A stretch of 28,316 bases of DNA from Candidatus Moraniibacteriota bacterium. Its GTDB lineage: Bacteria > Patescibacteriota > Minisyncoccia > CAIUEV01 > JAHKAQ01. The translations under genes were made by a program, and so were the position numbers. The DNA is taken from positions 1 to 28,316 of the forward strand of contig WJJX01000105.1 in NCBI GenBank assembly GCA_014729445.1, given 5' to 3'. The notes under the pieces were generated by a model that saw only the letters and a program-made list of their open reading frames with translations, did no database searches and was not told where the DNA came from. This document shows positions 1-9,831 of the stretch, one piece after another. Numbering within the stretch: position 1 is the stretch's first letter; each line of letters opens with the position of its first letter.

Positions 1-645
1 CTAAAACAAATAAAAGAAAGCAAAACAATAGGAGACTTAGAAAAAGCTTTAGACGAAAACATAAAAAATCAAAAATGCTATTTAGTTTACAGAGAAGACA
101 AACTGGAAGCCTTTGCCAGAGTTGAAAAAACAGAAGAATCAAAGATCTTAGCTTCAAATTTAAGCATTTCCAAAAAACTTCAAAGCTCCAGAATGGGATC
201 CTATCTTAATCGAGAAATTTTATTGCAGCATGCAAAGCAGGGTTATGAAATAGAAGCCATTGTTCTGCCAGACAAAAGAGTGGTTTTAACCTATGTTGCA
301 TCCGGCTTCAACATAACCGGCTACAAACCTCCGGATGAAGACGATAAAAGAGAATCATTCAAAATGGAATTTGATTTAGACAAAAAAATCACTGATCCGG
401 CAAAAAGATTAAAACAGATCAAGGAAGAAAAAAACACAATGCAGTTAATTGAAGCAGGTGAAAATCCGGTTGTTGTTATTTATTCGAATTTAAAAACCGC
501 CCAAGAAGAATGGAAAAAAATTCTACCCAAAGTAGATGAAAGTAGAAAAATTGTCGCAGAAGAGTTACCAGATAATATCTACAAATTAAGCGAATTAACA
601 CCACATGAAGAGAAATATGTTGCGGTTTATGAATTAACTACTTAA
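1..645 (+). CDS. hypothetical protein, 5'-truncated by the window edge
   Basis: Frame 1 has no stop from nt 1 through the listed ORF 193..645, so the gene most likely starts upstream of the window. The product is Lys/Glu-rich with no motif I recognise. Confidence 0.45.
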   Translation, partial: LKQIKESKTIGDLEKALDENIKNQKCYLVYREDKLEAFARVEKTEESKILASNLSISKKLQSSRMGSYLNREILLQHAKQGYEIEAIVLPDKRVVLTYVASGFNITGYKPPDEDDKRESFKMEFDLDKKITDPAKRLKQIKEEKNTMQLIEAGENPVVVIYSNLKTAQEEWKKILPKVDESRKIVAEELPDNIYKLSELTPHEEKYVAVYELTT

Positions 646-666
646 ACAATAAACTTAATTTTTTGC

Positions 667-1820
667 TTATAAAACAAAATCGAAATAATTTTCTCTATTA
701 ATAATTTTAAAACTTGCTTTTGGATAAGCAATAGACCAATCTTTAGGAGCTTTATAAATTTTATTACCCCATTTAATCTCAAATCCACTCAAATTCCCAT
801 CTTTTTCTTCTATTAAATCTATCTCTTTTTTTTGATAGGTTCGCCAAAAATAATAATTAGCAAAAAATCTTTTGTATTCGTTTAATTTAAATCTTTCCAT
901 TACTAAGAAATTTTCCCATAAAGCACCTTGGTCATTCCTGTTTTCTAAAAGATTAAATTGAGAAATTACTGCGTTTCTAATACCATTATCCCAAAAATAA
1001 TATTTAGCTTTTTGATTAATTTCTTTTCTTAAATTTCGACTAAAGCCGCCGATTCTTTTTATTACAAAGCCTTTTTCAAGAAAATCTAAATATCTATCAA
1101 CGGTTTTTACATCAATTCCCAAAGTCCTCGATAGTTCATTTAAAGAAACCTCACTGCCAACTTGAAAAGAAATCAATTTTAATAGATCTAAAAGCTTATT
1201 GGAATTTTTTATTTTATCCAGCATTAAGATGTCTTTTAGCAAATAAGAATCAGCGAGTTCTTCTAATATCTCTCTTTTTTCTATTTGATTAGATGTCTTG
1301 ACAACTTCTGGATAAGTTCCAAAAATAAGACAATTTTCCAAATCTTCTTTAAGTTCAAATTTATTATAAATGTTACTTAACTCTAATTGGGAAAAGGGGA
1401 ATAAAGTAAATGTTTTTTTTCGCCCAGTTAATGGTTCTCCGATTTGTTGAGATAATTCAAACGAAGAGGAGCCGGTAGTAATTATTTTAAGATCTGGATT
1501 TTGATCGATTAAAATTTTTAATCCTTGTCCAATGTTATTTATTTGTTGGGCTTCATCAATAACAATCAATTGATATCTTTTAGCATAATCTAAAAGTTCG
1601 CCAAATCATTAGAATTAAAAAGTCTCTGGATTTTTAAATTTTCCCCTGAATCTAAACGATATTTCAGTTTAGTTTCGTTCAAAAAATTATTTATAAGGGT
1701 AGTCTTCCCAACCCTTCTTGGCCCATAAATAACTAAAACTCTTTTATTTAAAGCATTAATTAAACTTTTCAAATTATAAAAGCGAGGTAAGAAGTTTAAA
1801 TTTTGAGTATTATTATCCAT
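667..1820 (-). pseudogene. AAA+ ATPase of the DUF4143 type, split by a frameshift
   Basis: ORF 1590..1820 carries a Walker A motif (GPRRVGKTT). ORF 667..1569 carries Walker B (VIDEAQ) and the typical C-terminal DUF4143-like region. The two pieces are in different frames. The downstream frame stays open across the upstream stop (reads ...ELLDYAKRYQLIVIDEAQ), so one indel near 1570-1600 joins them. Confidence 0.6.
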
Positions 1821-1841
1821 GATTTTGGACTATTTTATGGA

Positions 1842-1881
1842 TTAACATTCCATATTTTAGAATAAATTTGTGGAATGTTAA
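1842..1881. promoter_or_regulatory. perfect 11-bp inverted repeat TTAACATTCCA-N18-TGGAATGTTAA, operator-like
   Basis: Read directly from the sequence. It lies between the stop of the TrmB-like regulator gene and the start of the AAA ATPase gene, both on the minus strand. No U-tract follows on either strand, so it is less likely to be an intrinsic terminator. Confidence 0.35.
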
Positions 1882-1914
1882 AGCGCAATGCCAAAAAATC
1901 TAAAATATCAATCT

Positions 1915-2661
1915 TCATAATTTCCCCCAAGTAACCTCAAACAACAACTTCATCATTCGAAAAATGTTTTTATCCTCAATCAAGACTCCGATTGCCTTGC
2001 CTTTTTCAATCGACTGAAAAGAAACTTTGCCGTCATAAATCTGAACCGAGGAGTTGAAGGCGAAGAAGTCCTCATCCAAAGCTTTAATTTTCGTGAATTC
2101 ATTTAATTTTTTAAAATATTTTTTCGCGCCTTTTGGAACAATAATCCTTTTTTTAATTTTTCTTTTGATTCTTTCTTTTTTATATTCGTTGTTAATTTTC
2201 ACTAGGGCATAATGCTTGCGGATAACCTGCGAATCGCTGAAAGTTAAAATTTCGTTTTTTGTCTCCAAGGTGTCCCAAAGAATTTTTTTAAAACCCTCTC
2301 TATCTTCAAAGTATTTAATTTTGGGCCGCGGACTTGCCAAACTGTAAGCAGAAATAATATCAGGTAGATTTTTTAAATAATTTTTTTTCTCCCGCTTTAG
2401 TTCTTCTTCTTTTTTTTCATAATAATCAACAATCTTTTCCGGGTGTATAATCTTGTAGGTGGTTATTTTGCCTTTGCTTTGATTTTTAACCAATAACTTT
2501 TTTTGCGTTAATTTATCCAAATCTCTATAAATAACGGTCCTGGGCCGGTTGATCTGTTTTGCGATTTCACTGGCCTTTAATTCTCTTTTTTGAGCCAGCA
2601 GATCCAAAATTTCGCTTTGATTTTTATCATCCGTAAGCGATAAAAAAATATCCTTAAACAT
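1915..2661 (-). CDS. winged-helix transcriptional regulator, TrmB-like
   Basis: The N-terminal HTH segment EILDLLAQKRELKASEIAKQINRPRTVIYRDLDKLTQKKLLVK matches the TrmB-family wHTH pattern. The likely true start is the internal Met at 2661 (MFKDIF...), because the first 22 codons of ORF 1915..2727 look non-native. Confidence 0.55.
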   Translation of the reverse strand: MFKDIFLSLTDDKNQSEILDLLAQKRELKASEIAKQINRPRTVIYRDLDKLTQKKLLVKNQSKGKITTYKIIHPEKIVDYYEKKEEELKREKKNYLKNLPDIISAYSLASPRPKIKYFEDREGFKKILWDTLETKNEILTFSDSQVIRKHYALVKINNEYKKERIKRKIKKRIIVPKGAKKYFKKLNEFTKIKALDEDFFAFNSSVQIYDGKVSFQSIEKGKAIGVLIEDKNIFRMMKLLFEVTWGKL

Positions 2662-2759
2662 TTTTAGTATTTTTAAAAAATTAAAGATTGCTATTAATAA
2701 CTTAACCGATATAATCCAACAAGGCAATTTTTAAAATTGCTTTTCCCCTCATCTCTAAT

Positions 2760-2996
2760 TTAAACGCAACCTCTTTTTAATCCGCCTTTTCTAAGCACAA
2801 TCGATAGCGGGCAATAACCGGTTAGGGAAAAGAACATCAACATTCCGCCGACCAGCATTAAAAAATAAATAAAACGTATGTCTACTAAAAGGGCAAGTAG
2901 AGAGCCGGAAAAAACAAAGATTCCGGCGATTAAATAAACGGTCCGCTCCACATACCAGCTGTCTCTTTTTAATCTAAAAATTTTTTTCTTTTTCAT
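2760..2996 (-). CDS. DUF2892 (YgaP-like) small inner-membrane protein
   Basis: 78 aa with two TM helices and the conserved ...SLTGYCPLS... motif typical of DUF2892. It sits 8 nt downstream of the RND permease gene on the same strand. Confidence 0.55.
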   Translation of the reverse strand: MKKKKIFRLKRDSWYVERTVYLIAGIFVFSGSLLALLVDIRFIYFLMLVGGMLMFFSLTGYCPLSIVLRKGGLKRGCV

Positions 2997-3004
2997 AATT
3001 TAAA

Positions 3005-6000
3005 TTATTTAAGCTTATTATTATTTCCCCATTTTTTTTCAAAGATTTTAAAATATAAAATCGGAAAAATTATTAAAGTTAGGAAAGCCGATAGAGAAAG
3101 ACCCCAAATAATCGACCAAGCCAGTCCTTCCCAAACAGGATCGCTAATTATGGTTAAAGAAGCTAAGATTGTTGTTAGGGAAGTTAAAAGAATTGGAAGC
3201 ATTCTGGTCTTTCCGGCTTTTAGTAGAGCTTCTTTTATTTCGTAGTTTTTCTTATTAAGATCTTTTAAGTACTCTAATAAGATAATCGCATTATTAACTA
3301 CAATTCCGGAAAGAGCGATTACTCCGATCATTGAAGTCGCATTAAAGTAAACGCCTTTAACCAATCCCAAAATTGCAAAACCCGGCAAAACACCGATTAA
3401 GGTAAGCGGGATGGTTCCCATAATAATCAGCGGTTCTATTAATGATCGAAATTGGGCCACCAAGACAAAGTAAATTAAAAAAACGGCAACAGCCATGGCC
3501 AAACCGAGATCCCGAAAAACATCCAGAGTTAATTTCCATTCACCGTCAATGGAGATTAAAAATTCTTCTCCTGTAAGTCTGTCTTTTAATACAACTTTAG
3601 ACAGATTTATTTTTTTAATTTCGCCCTCTCCGTTGGGAAGCTTATATTCAAGTAGGCCTAAAAGCATATCGATCGAAGCATAAGTAACGCTTCGTTTTCC
3701 CATTTCGCCGGTCACATAAATCGTTTTTCTTTTTTCATCGCTTAAAATCAACGAATTTGTGTCGTCATGACTTTTTTCAACCAATTCACTGAGTAAAATC
3801 TGCTCTCCTTGATTATTTAAAATATTAATTTTTGAAAAATCATTAAATTCGTTTCGATCATTTTTGTTCAAGCGAAGAAATATATATTCTTCTTCGACTT
3901 TTCTTAAATTCTCGCTGTTTTTTTCATGAAACAGACCAACTTTTGATCCGTTTAATAAAACATTTAAAGTTTGGACAATATCGTTGACATTAACTCCCAA
4001 ACGACTGGCTTTTTCTTTTTGAATTTTGTAAACAAATTCCAGTTTGTCTTCGTTTATACTGTTGTCCACATCCACGACACCCTTTATTGCCATTACTTTA
4101 TTTTCGAGATCTTTAGCAATTTCCTCGATTTTAGTTTGATCTTCGCCTTGGACCTTCACGAGAAAAGTCGATAAAACAGGAGGGCCGGGCGGATCCTCAA
4201 TAAATTTAATTCTTAAATCGGGATTATTTAGGATAAAGTCTTTATTTGACAAATCTTTTCTCATTCTTAAAACAAGTTCTTCCGAAGTTTCTTTACGTTT
4301 ATTTGGATGAGTTAAATTGATTTTTAAAGTCGCTTGACTACTGGAATTTCTTCCCTCGCTGCCTTTAAATAATCCGTTAAAATCGACTACCGGTGGAATT
4401 CCAACAAAATTTTGAACATTTAAAACCTCTTCATTTGATAAAAAATAATCGCTTACTTGATCCGCTTTTATTTTGGTTTCGTTGAGGTTGGTCCCTTTAG
4501 GCAGATCAAGATAAACATAAAACTGTTCTCTGTCGGCTTTTGGGAGCATTCTGAATTTAACAATTTTTAAAACCGGCAAACTTAAAGATAAAACAAATAA
4601 AATTAAAACAAAGACCAAAACCAAGTTGTTCTTTTTTCTGTTCTCCAATAAAAATTTTAAAAAATCATGATAGCTTTTTTTTATTTTATCAATGATTTTC
4701 AAGAAAACATTACCCTCTTTCTCTTTTTCGATTTTTTTGCTTTTTTGCCTATTGAAAAAAACATAAGCCAAATAAGGATTAACAGTGATTGCAATTAAAA
4801 GCGAGGCAATCAAGGCCGAAGGAACAAAAAAAGGAATCGGTCCCATATAAGGTCCCATCATGCCGGTCACAAAGGCCATTGGATAAAAAGCCAAAATTGT
4901 CGTGATGGTTGACATAATCAGACCTCCTCCGACTTCGTCGACAGCTCTGGCAATCAAGTCGATTTTATTTTTGTTTTTTAAATTGGTATTTTTTTTAAGG
5001 AACCGATAAATATTTTCCACCACCACGGTGGCGCTGTCCACCAATAGCCCCAGGGATAAAATCAAGGCAAATAAGGTAATTCGATTAATTGTTTGGCCGG
5101 CCAAAAGACCGATTCCAAAAACCGTTGCCAAAGTAAGCGGAATGGCGATTGAAACAATTAAAGCGCTTCTCCAGCCTAAAAATAAAAATAACACAAAAGA
5201 AACAATTGAAATTGAAATAAATAAATTTTTAGTTAAAGTGTTGACCGCTTCGCTTGCCACTTTTCCGTCGTCTCGAACAACAGTCGCCTTAACATTATTT
5301 AAAAGCGGGTCCTTTTTTACTTCCTCAAACTCGTCCAAAACATCCCTGGCCACTTTAGTGATGTTGCTTCCTTTGGTTTTGGCGATTGTTAGATAAACCG
5401 CCGGGTCATTTCCTTTTTTTGAATTTAAATTTACATAATTTTCTATTTTTTCATGAGAATAAGTAACCCGACTCAAATCTTTCAAATAGATTTCTCCATT
5501 GTTGTTATTTAGAATCACCAAATTCGACAAATCATGCACCCCTTCTATATTTCCCTTTATTTTTAATCGGTAATTATTTTTTGAAGTTTCGATTTCGCCG
5601 ACTTTTGAACTGAAATTATTTTGTTTGATCTTGTTTACAATTTGTAATGGAGAAATTGAATAACCGTTTAATTTATCCAAATCAAGATCCGCTCGTAACA
5701 CTTTTCTTCGCCCTCCTTTTAAGTTGACTTCGGAAACTCCTTGAACGTGTTTTAAACGATCGCCGACGTCATAAGCCATTTTCCTTAAGGATTCCTCGCT
5801 TAATTTTTCCGATGAAAAGCCAATTGTAATAATGGGCACGTTGTCCGGATCAATTGTTTTAATTAAGGGCTCCTGCACTCCCAGGGGTTTCAAATCCAGA
5901 TTGCCCTCTATTTTTTGCATCAAAGAAATTTTAGATTTTTCCAAATCCTCTCCAATTTCGAATAAAACAGTAACCACACTTACGCCGCCTTCTTTGGATT

Positions 6001-6286
6001 GAGACATAATCTTATCAACACCCGGCACTTCTTTTAGCTTTAACTCCATCGGCCGGGTTATCAGCTCGTAAACCTCTTCGCTTCCGGCTCCCGGGAATTC
6101 GGTGATGATATTAAACGCCGGCGCCACAATCTGAGGGTTGTACTGCTTGGGAATGATTAAAAAACTTAAAATTCCCCAAAAAAACAAGGCCAGAATAACC
6201 AGAATCGAAAGTTCCCGATTTTTTAAAAAGAATTCGGTAATTTTGCCAACAATTCCCAGATTGTTCTTTTTTGTCTTCGTAGTCAT
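3005..6286 (-). CDS. RND-family efflux transporter permease (AcrB/HAE-like)
   Basis: 1093 aa with an N-terminal TM helix followed by large periplasmic loops and about 12 TM helices. Conserved AcrB-like segments include GLLVDSATVVVENIYRF and the N-terminal PKQYNPQIVAPAFNIITEFPGAGSEEVYELITRPMELKL. Confidence 0.85.
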   Translation of the reverse strand: MTTKTKKNNLGIVGKITEFFLKNRELSILVILALFFWGILSFLIIPKQYNPQIVAPAFNIITEFPGAGSEEVYELITRPMELKLKEVPGVDKIMSQSKEGGVSVVTVLFEIGEDLEKSKISLMQKIEGNLDLKPLGVQEPLIKTIDPDNVPIITIGFSSEKLSEESLRKMAYDVGDRLKHVQGVSEVNLKGGRRKVLRADLDLDKLNGYSISPLQIVNKIKQNNFSSKVGEIETSKNNYRLKIKGNIEGVHDLSNLVILNNNNGEIYLKDLSRVTYSHEKIENYVNLNSKKGNDPAVYLTIAKTKGSNITKVARDVLDEFEEVKKDPLLNNVKATVVRDDGKVASEAVNTLTKNLFISISIVSFVLFLFLGWRSALIVSIAIPLTLATVFGIGLLAGQTINRITLFALILSLGLLVDSATVVVENIYRFLKKNTNLKNKNKIDLIARAVDEVGGGLIMSTITTILAFYPMAFVTGMMGPYMGPIPFFVPSALIASLLIAITVNPYLAYVFFNRQKSKKIEKEKEGNVFLKIIDKIKKSYHDFLKFLLENRKKNNLVLVFVLILFVLSLSLPVLKIVKFRMLPKADREQFYVYLDLPKGTNLNETKIKADQVSDYFLSNEEVLNVQNFVGIPPVVDFNGLFKGSEGRNSSSQATLKINLTHPNKRKETSEELVLRMRKDLSNKDFILNNPDLRIKFIEDPPGPPVLSTFLVKVQGEDQTKIEEIAKDLENKVMAIKGVVDVDNSINEDKLEFVYKIQKEKASRLGVNVNDIVQTLNVLLNGSKVGLFHEKNSENLRKVEEEYIFLRLNKNDRNEFNDFSKINILNNQGEQILLSELVEKSHDDTNSLILSDEKRKTIYVTGEMGKRSVTYASIDMLLGLLEYKLPNGEGEIKKINLSKVVLKDRLTGEEFLISIDGEWKLTLDVFRDLGLAMAVAVFLIYFVLVAQFRSLIEPLIIMGTIPLTLIGVLPGFAILGLVKGVYFNATSMIGVIALSGIVVNNAIILLEYLKDLNKKNYEIKEALLKAGKTRMLPILLTSLTTILASLTIISDPVWEGLAWSIIWGLSLSAFLTLIIFPILYFKIFEKKWGNNNKLK

Positions 6287-7498
6287 TTAAATTCGATTAA
6301 TTCTAGAATTCAAGGAGACAAGAGGAGTTAATTCAACCAAATCGCCGTCTTTTAAATAGAACTGTCCGCTGACTACCACCTGGTCTCCCTCTTTTAATCC
6401 TTCCAAAATTTCCACTTCTTCTCCGTCTGTTAAACCGATTTTTACCATTCTCAATTCTACCCATTGTTTGTCATTTTCCTGCTTGAGAACAAAAACCGAA
6501 TTATCATGATACTGTTTAACGACAGCTTCTATAGGTGCGACCAATCCCCGATGACCGCCGGAAAGTTTGATTTTAACATTGGCCAGTTCACCGATCAGAA
6601 AACCGCAGTCATTTGTTTGAAGTTTGGCTTCGACTTTAATTTTTTGAGTCATACTATTTAAAGAAGGCCTTTTTTCATTAATATTTGCCAAACATTCCCT
6701 GCCTTCTTTCTTTAGAAAAACCGTATCTTTAATATTTAGTTGTTTTGCCGTCTCTGCATCAATTGTAAAATTAGCGATTTTGTTTTCGGATTGAGCCAAA
6801 GCAAAAATTGCGGTGTTTGGTCCTGCCAGAGAGCCTATTTCCAAGTATTTTCTGGTAACGACTCCTGAAAAAGGAGCCCTAAGGTTAGTGTCATTGGCAT
6901 AGCTTTCGGCTAATTCGCTTTGACCTTCGGCATAAGTTAAACTTCCCTGCGCCAATTCGATTTGTAATTCACGCATTTGCTTTGCGCTGTCTAAAGCCTT
7001 TTCTGCCTGTTTGACATTTCTTTTTGCTTCTTTAATTTTGCTTTCATCCTCTTTCGAATCTTTTAAATCTTTGTAGTAATCTTTGGCATTATCCAAAGCT
7101 TCTTCGGCTTCGTCCACAACCTCGTCATAGTAGTCTTCTGTTTCATCCAATGTCTCTTTTGCATCGTCTAAAGAATTTTTTGCACTTTTGGCCTGGCTCC
7201 ATAATTCGTCACCGTCGATTACCGCTAAAACTTCGCCTTCTAAAACAAAGTCACCCACCTGTTTATTTATTTTAATCACCCTTCCATTAACCTTTGACGC
7301 CAGGTCCACTTCGCTTTCGCCTCTAATTTCAGCCATATATTCCCGGCTGGTCATAATTTCCTTTTGACTGATTTTTGCTACGGTTACTTTTTTCTTAAGA
7401 GGTTCATTTTTGATTTTATTGCTCTTCTCCATAAAGATCATTCGAAAACCCAAACCTAAAAAAAGAAGTAAAGCTAAAATAATCGATAATTTTTTCAT
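6287..7498 (-). CDS. RND efflux periplasmic adaptor (membrane-fusion protein, HlyD/AcrA family)
   Basis: Signal/TM N-terminus, a long Asp/Glu-rich coiled-coil hairpin, and C-terminal beta-barrel-like segments. Its stop abuts the RND permease start, so the two form an operon. Confidence 0.75.
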   Translation of the reverse strand: MKKLSIILALLLFLGLGFRMIFMEKSNKIKNEPLKKKVTVAKISQKEIMTSREYMAEIRGESEVDLASKVNGRVIKINKQVGDFVLEGEVLAVIDGDELWSQAKSAKNSLDDAKETLDETEDYYDEVVDEAEEALDNAKDYYKDLKDSKEDESKIKEAKRNVKQAEKALDSAKQMRELQIELAQGSLTYAEGQSELAESYANDTNLRAPFSGVVTRKYLEIGSLAGPNTAIFALAQSENKIANFTIDAETAKQLNIKDTVFLKKEGRECLANINEKRPSLNSMTQKIKVEAKLQTNDCGFLIGELANVKIKLSGGHRGLVAPIEAVVKQYHDNSVFVLKQENDKQWVELRMVKIGLTDGEEVEILEGLKEGDQVVVSGQFYLKDGDLVELTPLVSLNSRINRI

Positions 7499-7742
7499 GA
7501 ATTAAAAATATAATATTTAAACCTTCAATACTTTCACACTTGGCAAGTAAGAGCAATATAGCATATACCCCCAGGGGGTGTCAAGAATTATTTTTAAAGC
7601 TTAATCTGAAATTTAAAGCTCAAGTATCAGGCTAAAAGGGATAAACAACACAATTAGATTTCCCCTAACCAACAGTTAATTCATTTTACAAAACCCGAAT
7701 AATTTGTTTTTATTTAACTGTTACAGTTTAAGTTAAAACAAA

Positions 7743-9641
7743 ATGAGTAAAAATAAATGGAAAAATTATTCCGATTCAATCAAATTATTTTTTGCAGGGT
7801 CCATTCTAGCCTTGATTTTTGAAATTTATCAAAAAGCAATAAACTTATTTTTAGAAAATATTGTTAGTTTTTGTTTTAAGCATTTTAACATCTTATTTTG
7901 TACTTTTTTCTCTTTAATACTAATATTTTCAATCTATAAACTTACAGTTTTTTATTTAAATAATCTCGAAGCAAAAGTATTAAAAATAAATTTTTTAGAT
8001 AAAACATTGATTTTTATTTTAGGATTTATTATTCCTTTTCTTTATAAAAAACAATTTGAAATATTCAATTTGTTCTTAGAAAAAAATGATATTTACAACA
8101 TCTTTATAGGATCGATATTATATTTTTTAATAATTTTAATTTTAGTTAGATTGTATTCGTTATATAAATTAGAAGCTAACGCAAGAAAAAATAAAAGCAA
8201 CAACCATCCAATAAACGACGAACCTTTAAAAAATCTAAAAGACATTAAAAGTATTCAAAATTATAGCGATAAAAAAGTCTTAGAAGAATATGAAATAAAT
8301 ATTAAATTCTTAATTAAAAACATAAATTCAACGGATAATAAAACTTTAAATAATGGAAGTTTTGTTTACTGCATTGACGCCTCCTGGGGCCACGGAAAAA
8401 CAAGCTTCATAAACATCGTTAAAAATAAAATTTTCAATCAAAACAATAAAAAACCACGACAAAAAATACAAGAAATATTAGACTTCATAAAAAGAAAATA
8501 TCCCAAAGACATCATTTGGATCGACTACAATCCCTGGCATTTCAGTAGCCAATCCGAACTAATCGAAGACTTCTTCCAAACAATCGAAAACAAAATCAAC
8601 AAAAAATACGGCAGGGGACTAGGCGGCAATTTAAAAAAATATGTTGAACTGGTAACCCCGGTCATTGAATCCAACAACTCAACAAAAATTCTAAGCGGCA
8701 TCTTAAAATTTTTTTCAAGCAAAAAAGACCTTACTCAAATCAAAGAGGAAATAAAAGAAAGCTTAACTTCAATCAAAGAAAAAATAATAATAGTCCTAGA
8801 CGACATCGACCGACTAAAACCCAAAGACCTCTTCCTCATAATCAAACTCGTAAAACTAGTCAGCGATTTCCCCAACATCATCTTCATCCTCCCCATGGAT
8901 TATTCCAGAGTCTCCAAAATTATCAAAGCCGAATATAACGATCAATACGACAACTACCTCCAAAAAATAGTCAACCACCGAATCAAACTAAAACCCTACA
9001 CCTATGACGAATTTTTGGCGATGTTAAATTGGTTTATGAATAGAGATAATATGAATAAAGAGAAGAAGCCAGAAAAACAAAAAATTCCATTAGAAAACAT
9101 CAAAAAAGTTTTTGAATATTATATTTTAAAAGCAAAACAGCAGGTGATACAGAATGAATATAATGATAAATCAGTTTCAAGCAATAACGATGACAAGGAT
9201 AAGGTTGAGCAAATTAATTTCATTAAAAAATTTTTTAGAGAATTTCATGTAGCAATCTTTACAGAAGATAAAAGAAATAAAATTTATGATGATTCGATGA
9301 TAGAATCTTTAGAAAAAGATATCACATCAATATTAGACCAATTATATTATAATCATTTTAAATCGATGAGATGTTTTCAAAAAAATATAGTAAAAGTAAG
9401 TCGTGATGCTTATAGGAAATATCCCTCGACAAATAAGCGTCCATTACCAAAAGTAAAAGATGAAGAAGCTAAAATCAAAAACAAATTTGTCGAATACCTA
9501 ATAACTCCAAGAGACCTAAAACAACTAGCAACCAAATTAAAAGGTGTTAGTTCGAAAAACATCGTAAATCAGAAAGGAGAGCTAAAAGAAAAAGTTAAAG
9601 ATAGAATCGACGAATTAGTCGAAACTCAAACATTTTTCTAA
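7743..9641 (+). CDS. KAP-family P-loop NTPase with an N-terminal multi-TM region
   Basis: The Walker A context CIDASWGHGKTSFIN has the KAP-type GxWGxGKT/S signature. Walker B plus the KAP signature is present (IIVLDDIDRLKPKDLFLIIKLVKLV...IIFILPMD). About 150 N-terminal residues are hydrophobic with 4-5 predicted TM helices. Confidence 0.65.
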   Translation: MSKNKWKNYSDSIKLFFAGSILALIFEIYQKAINLFLENIVSFCFKHFNILFCTFFSLILIFSIYKLTVFYLNNLEAKVLKINFLDKTLIFILGFIIPFLYKKQFEIFNLFLEKNDIYNIFIGSILYFLIILILVRLYSLYKLEANARKNKSNNHPINDEPLKNLKDIKSIQNYSDKKVLEEYEINIKFLIKNINSTDNKTLNNGSFVYCIDASWGHGKTSFINIVKNKIFNQNNKKPRQKIQEILDFIKRKYPKDIIWIDYNPWHFSSQSELIEDFFQTIENKINKKYGRGLGGNLKKYVELVTPVIESNNSTKILSGILKFFSSKKDLTQIKEEIKESLTSIKEKIIIVLDDIDRLKPKDLFLIIKLVKLVSDFPNIIFILPMDYSRVSKIIKAEYNDQYDNYLQKIVNHRIKLKPYTYDEFLAMLNWFMNRDNMNKEKKPEKQKIPLENIKKVFEYYILKAKQQVIQNEYNDKSVSSNNDDKDKVEQINFIKKFFREFHVAIFTEDKRNKIYDDSMIESLEKDITSILDQLYYNHFKSMRCFQKNIVKVSRDAYRKYPSTNKRPLPKVKDEEAKIKNKFVEYLITPRDLKQLATKLKGVSSKNIVNQKGELKEKVKDRIDELVETQTFF

Positions 9642-9690
9642 TCCTTAAAAAAACATAAAAATTTAAAGCTCAAAAAGCAGCCTTAAAAAG

Positions 9691-9725
9691 AACCCCCAAA
9701 CCCCCGCAGCGGGGGTTTGGGGGTT
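9691..9725 (+). terminator. perfect 15-bp-arm GC-rich hairpin AACCCCCAAACCCCC-GCAGC-GGGGGTTTGGGGGTT
   Basis: Read directly from the sequence, 50 nt downstream of the KAP NTPase stop. There is no clear U-tract. It is a member of the G5T3G5 motif family described in the findings. Confidence 0.45.
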
Positions 9726-9831
9726 CAGGCCAAAGCTAAACCTGAATTTAAAAAATTTGCCAGATAGTCACATATTTAACCTTTTTTTTGTAATATGCTT
9801 TAATAAACTAAAATTAGCCTTAAAAAAACCA

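Noticed and set aside
3357-5396. Short ORFs on both strands inside the RND permease gene (3357..3539, 3495..3683, 3971..4174, 5028..5396), and similar antisense ORFs inside other long genes (6464..6661, 8525..8722, 10373..11110, 13445..13740, 14495..15643, 16289..17444, 18108..18326, 19812..20006, 20673..20981, 25020..25202)
   Set aside because: They are fully nested in, or antisense to, genes with strong domain evidence. They are typical shadow ORFs.
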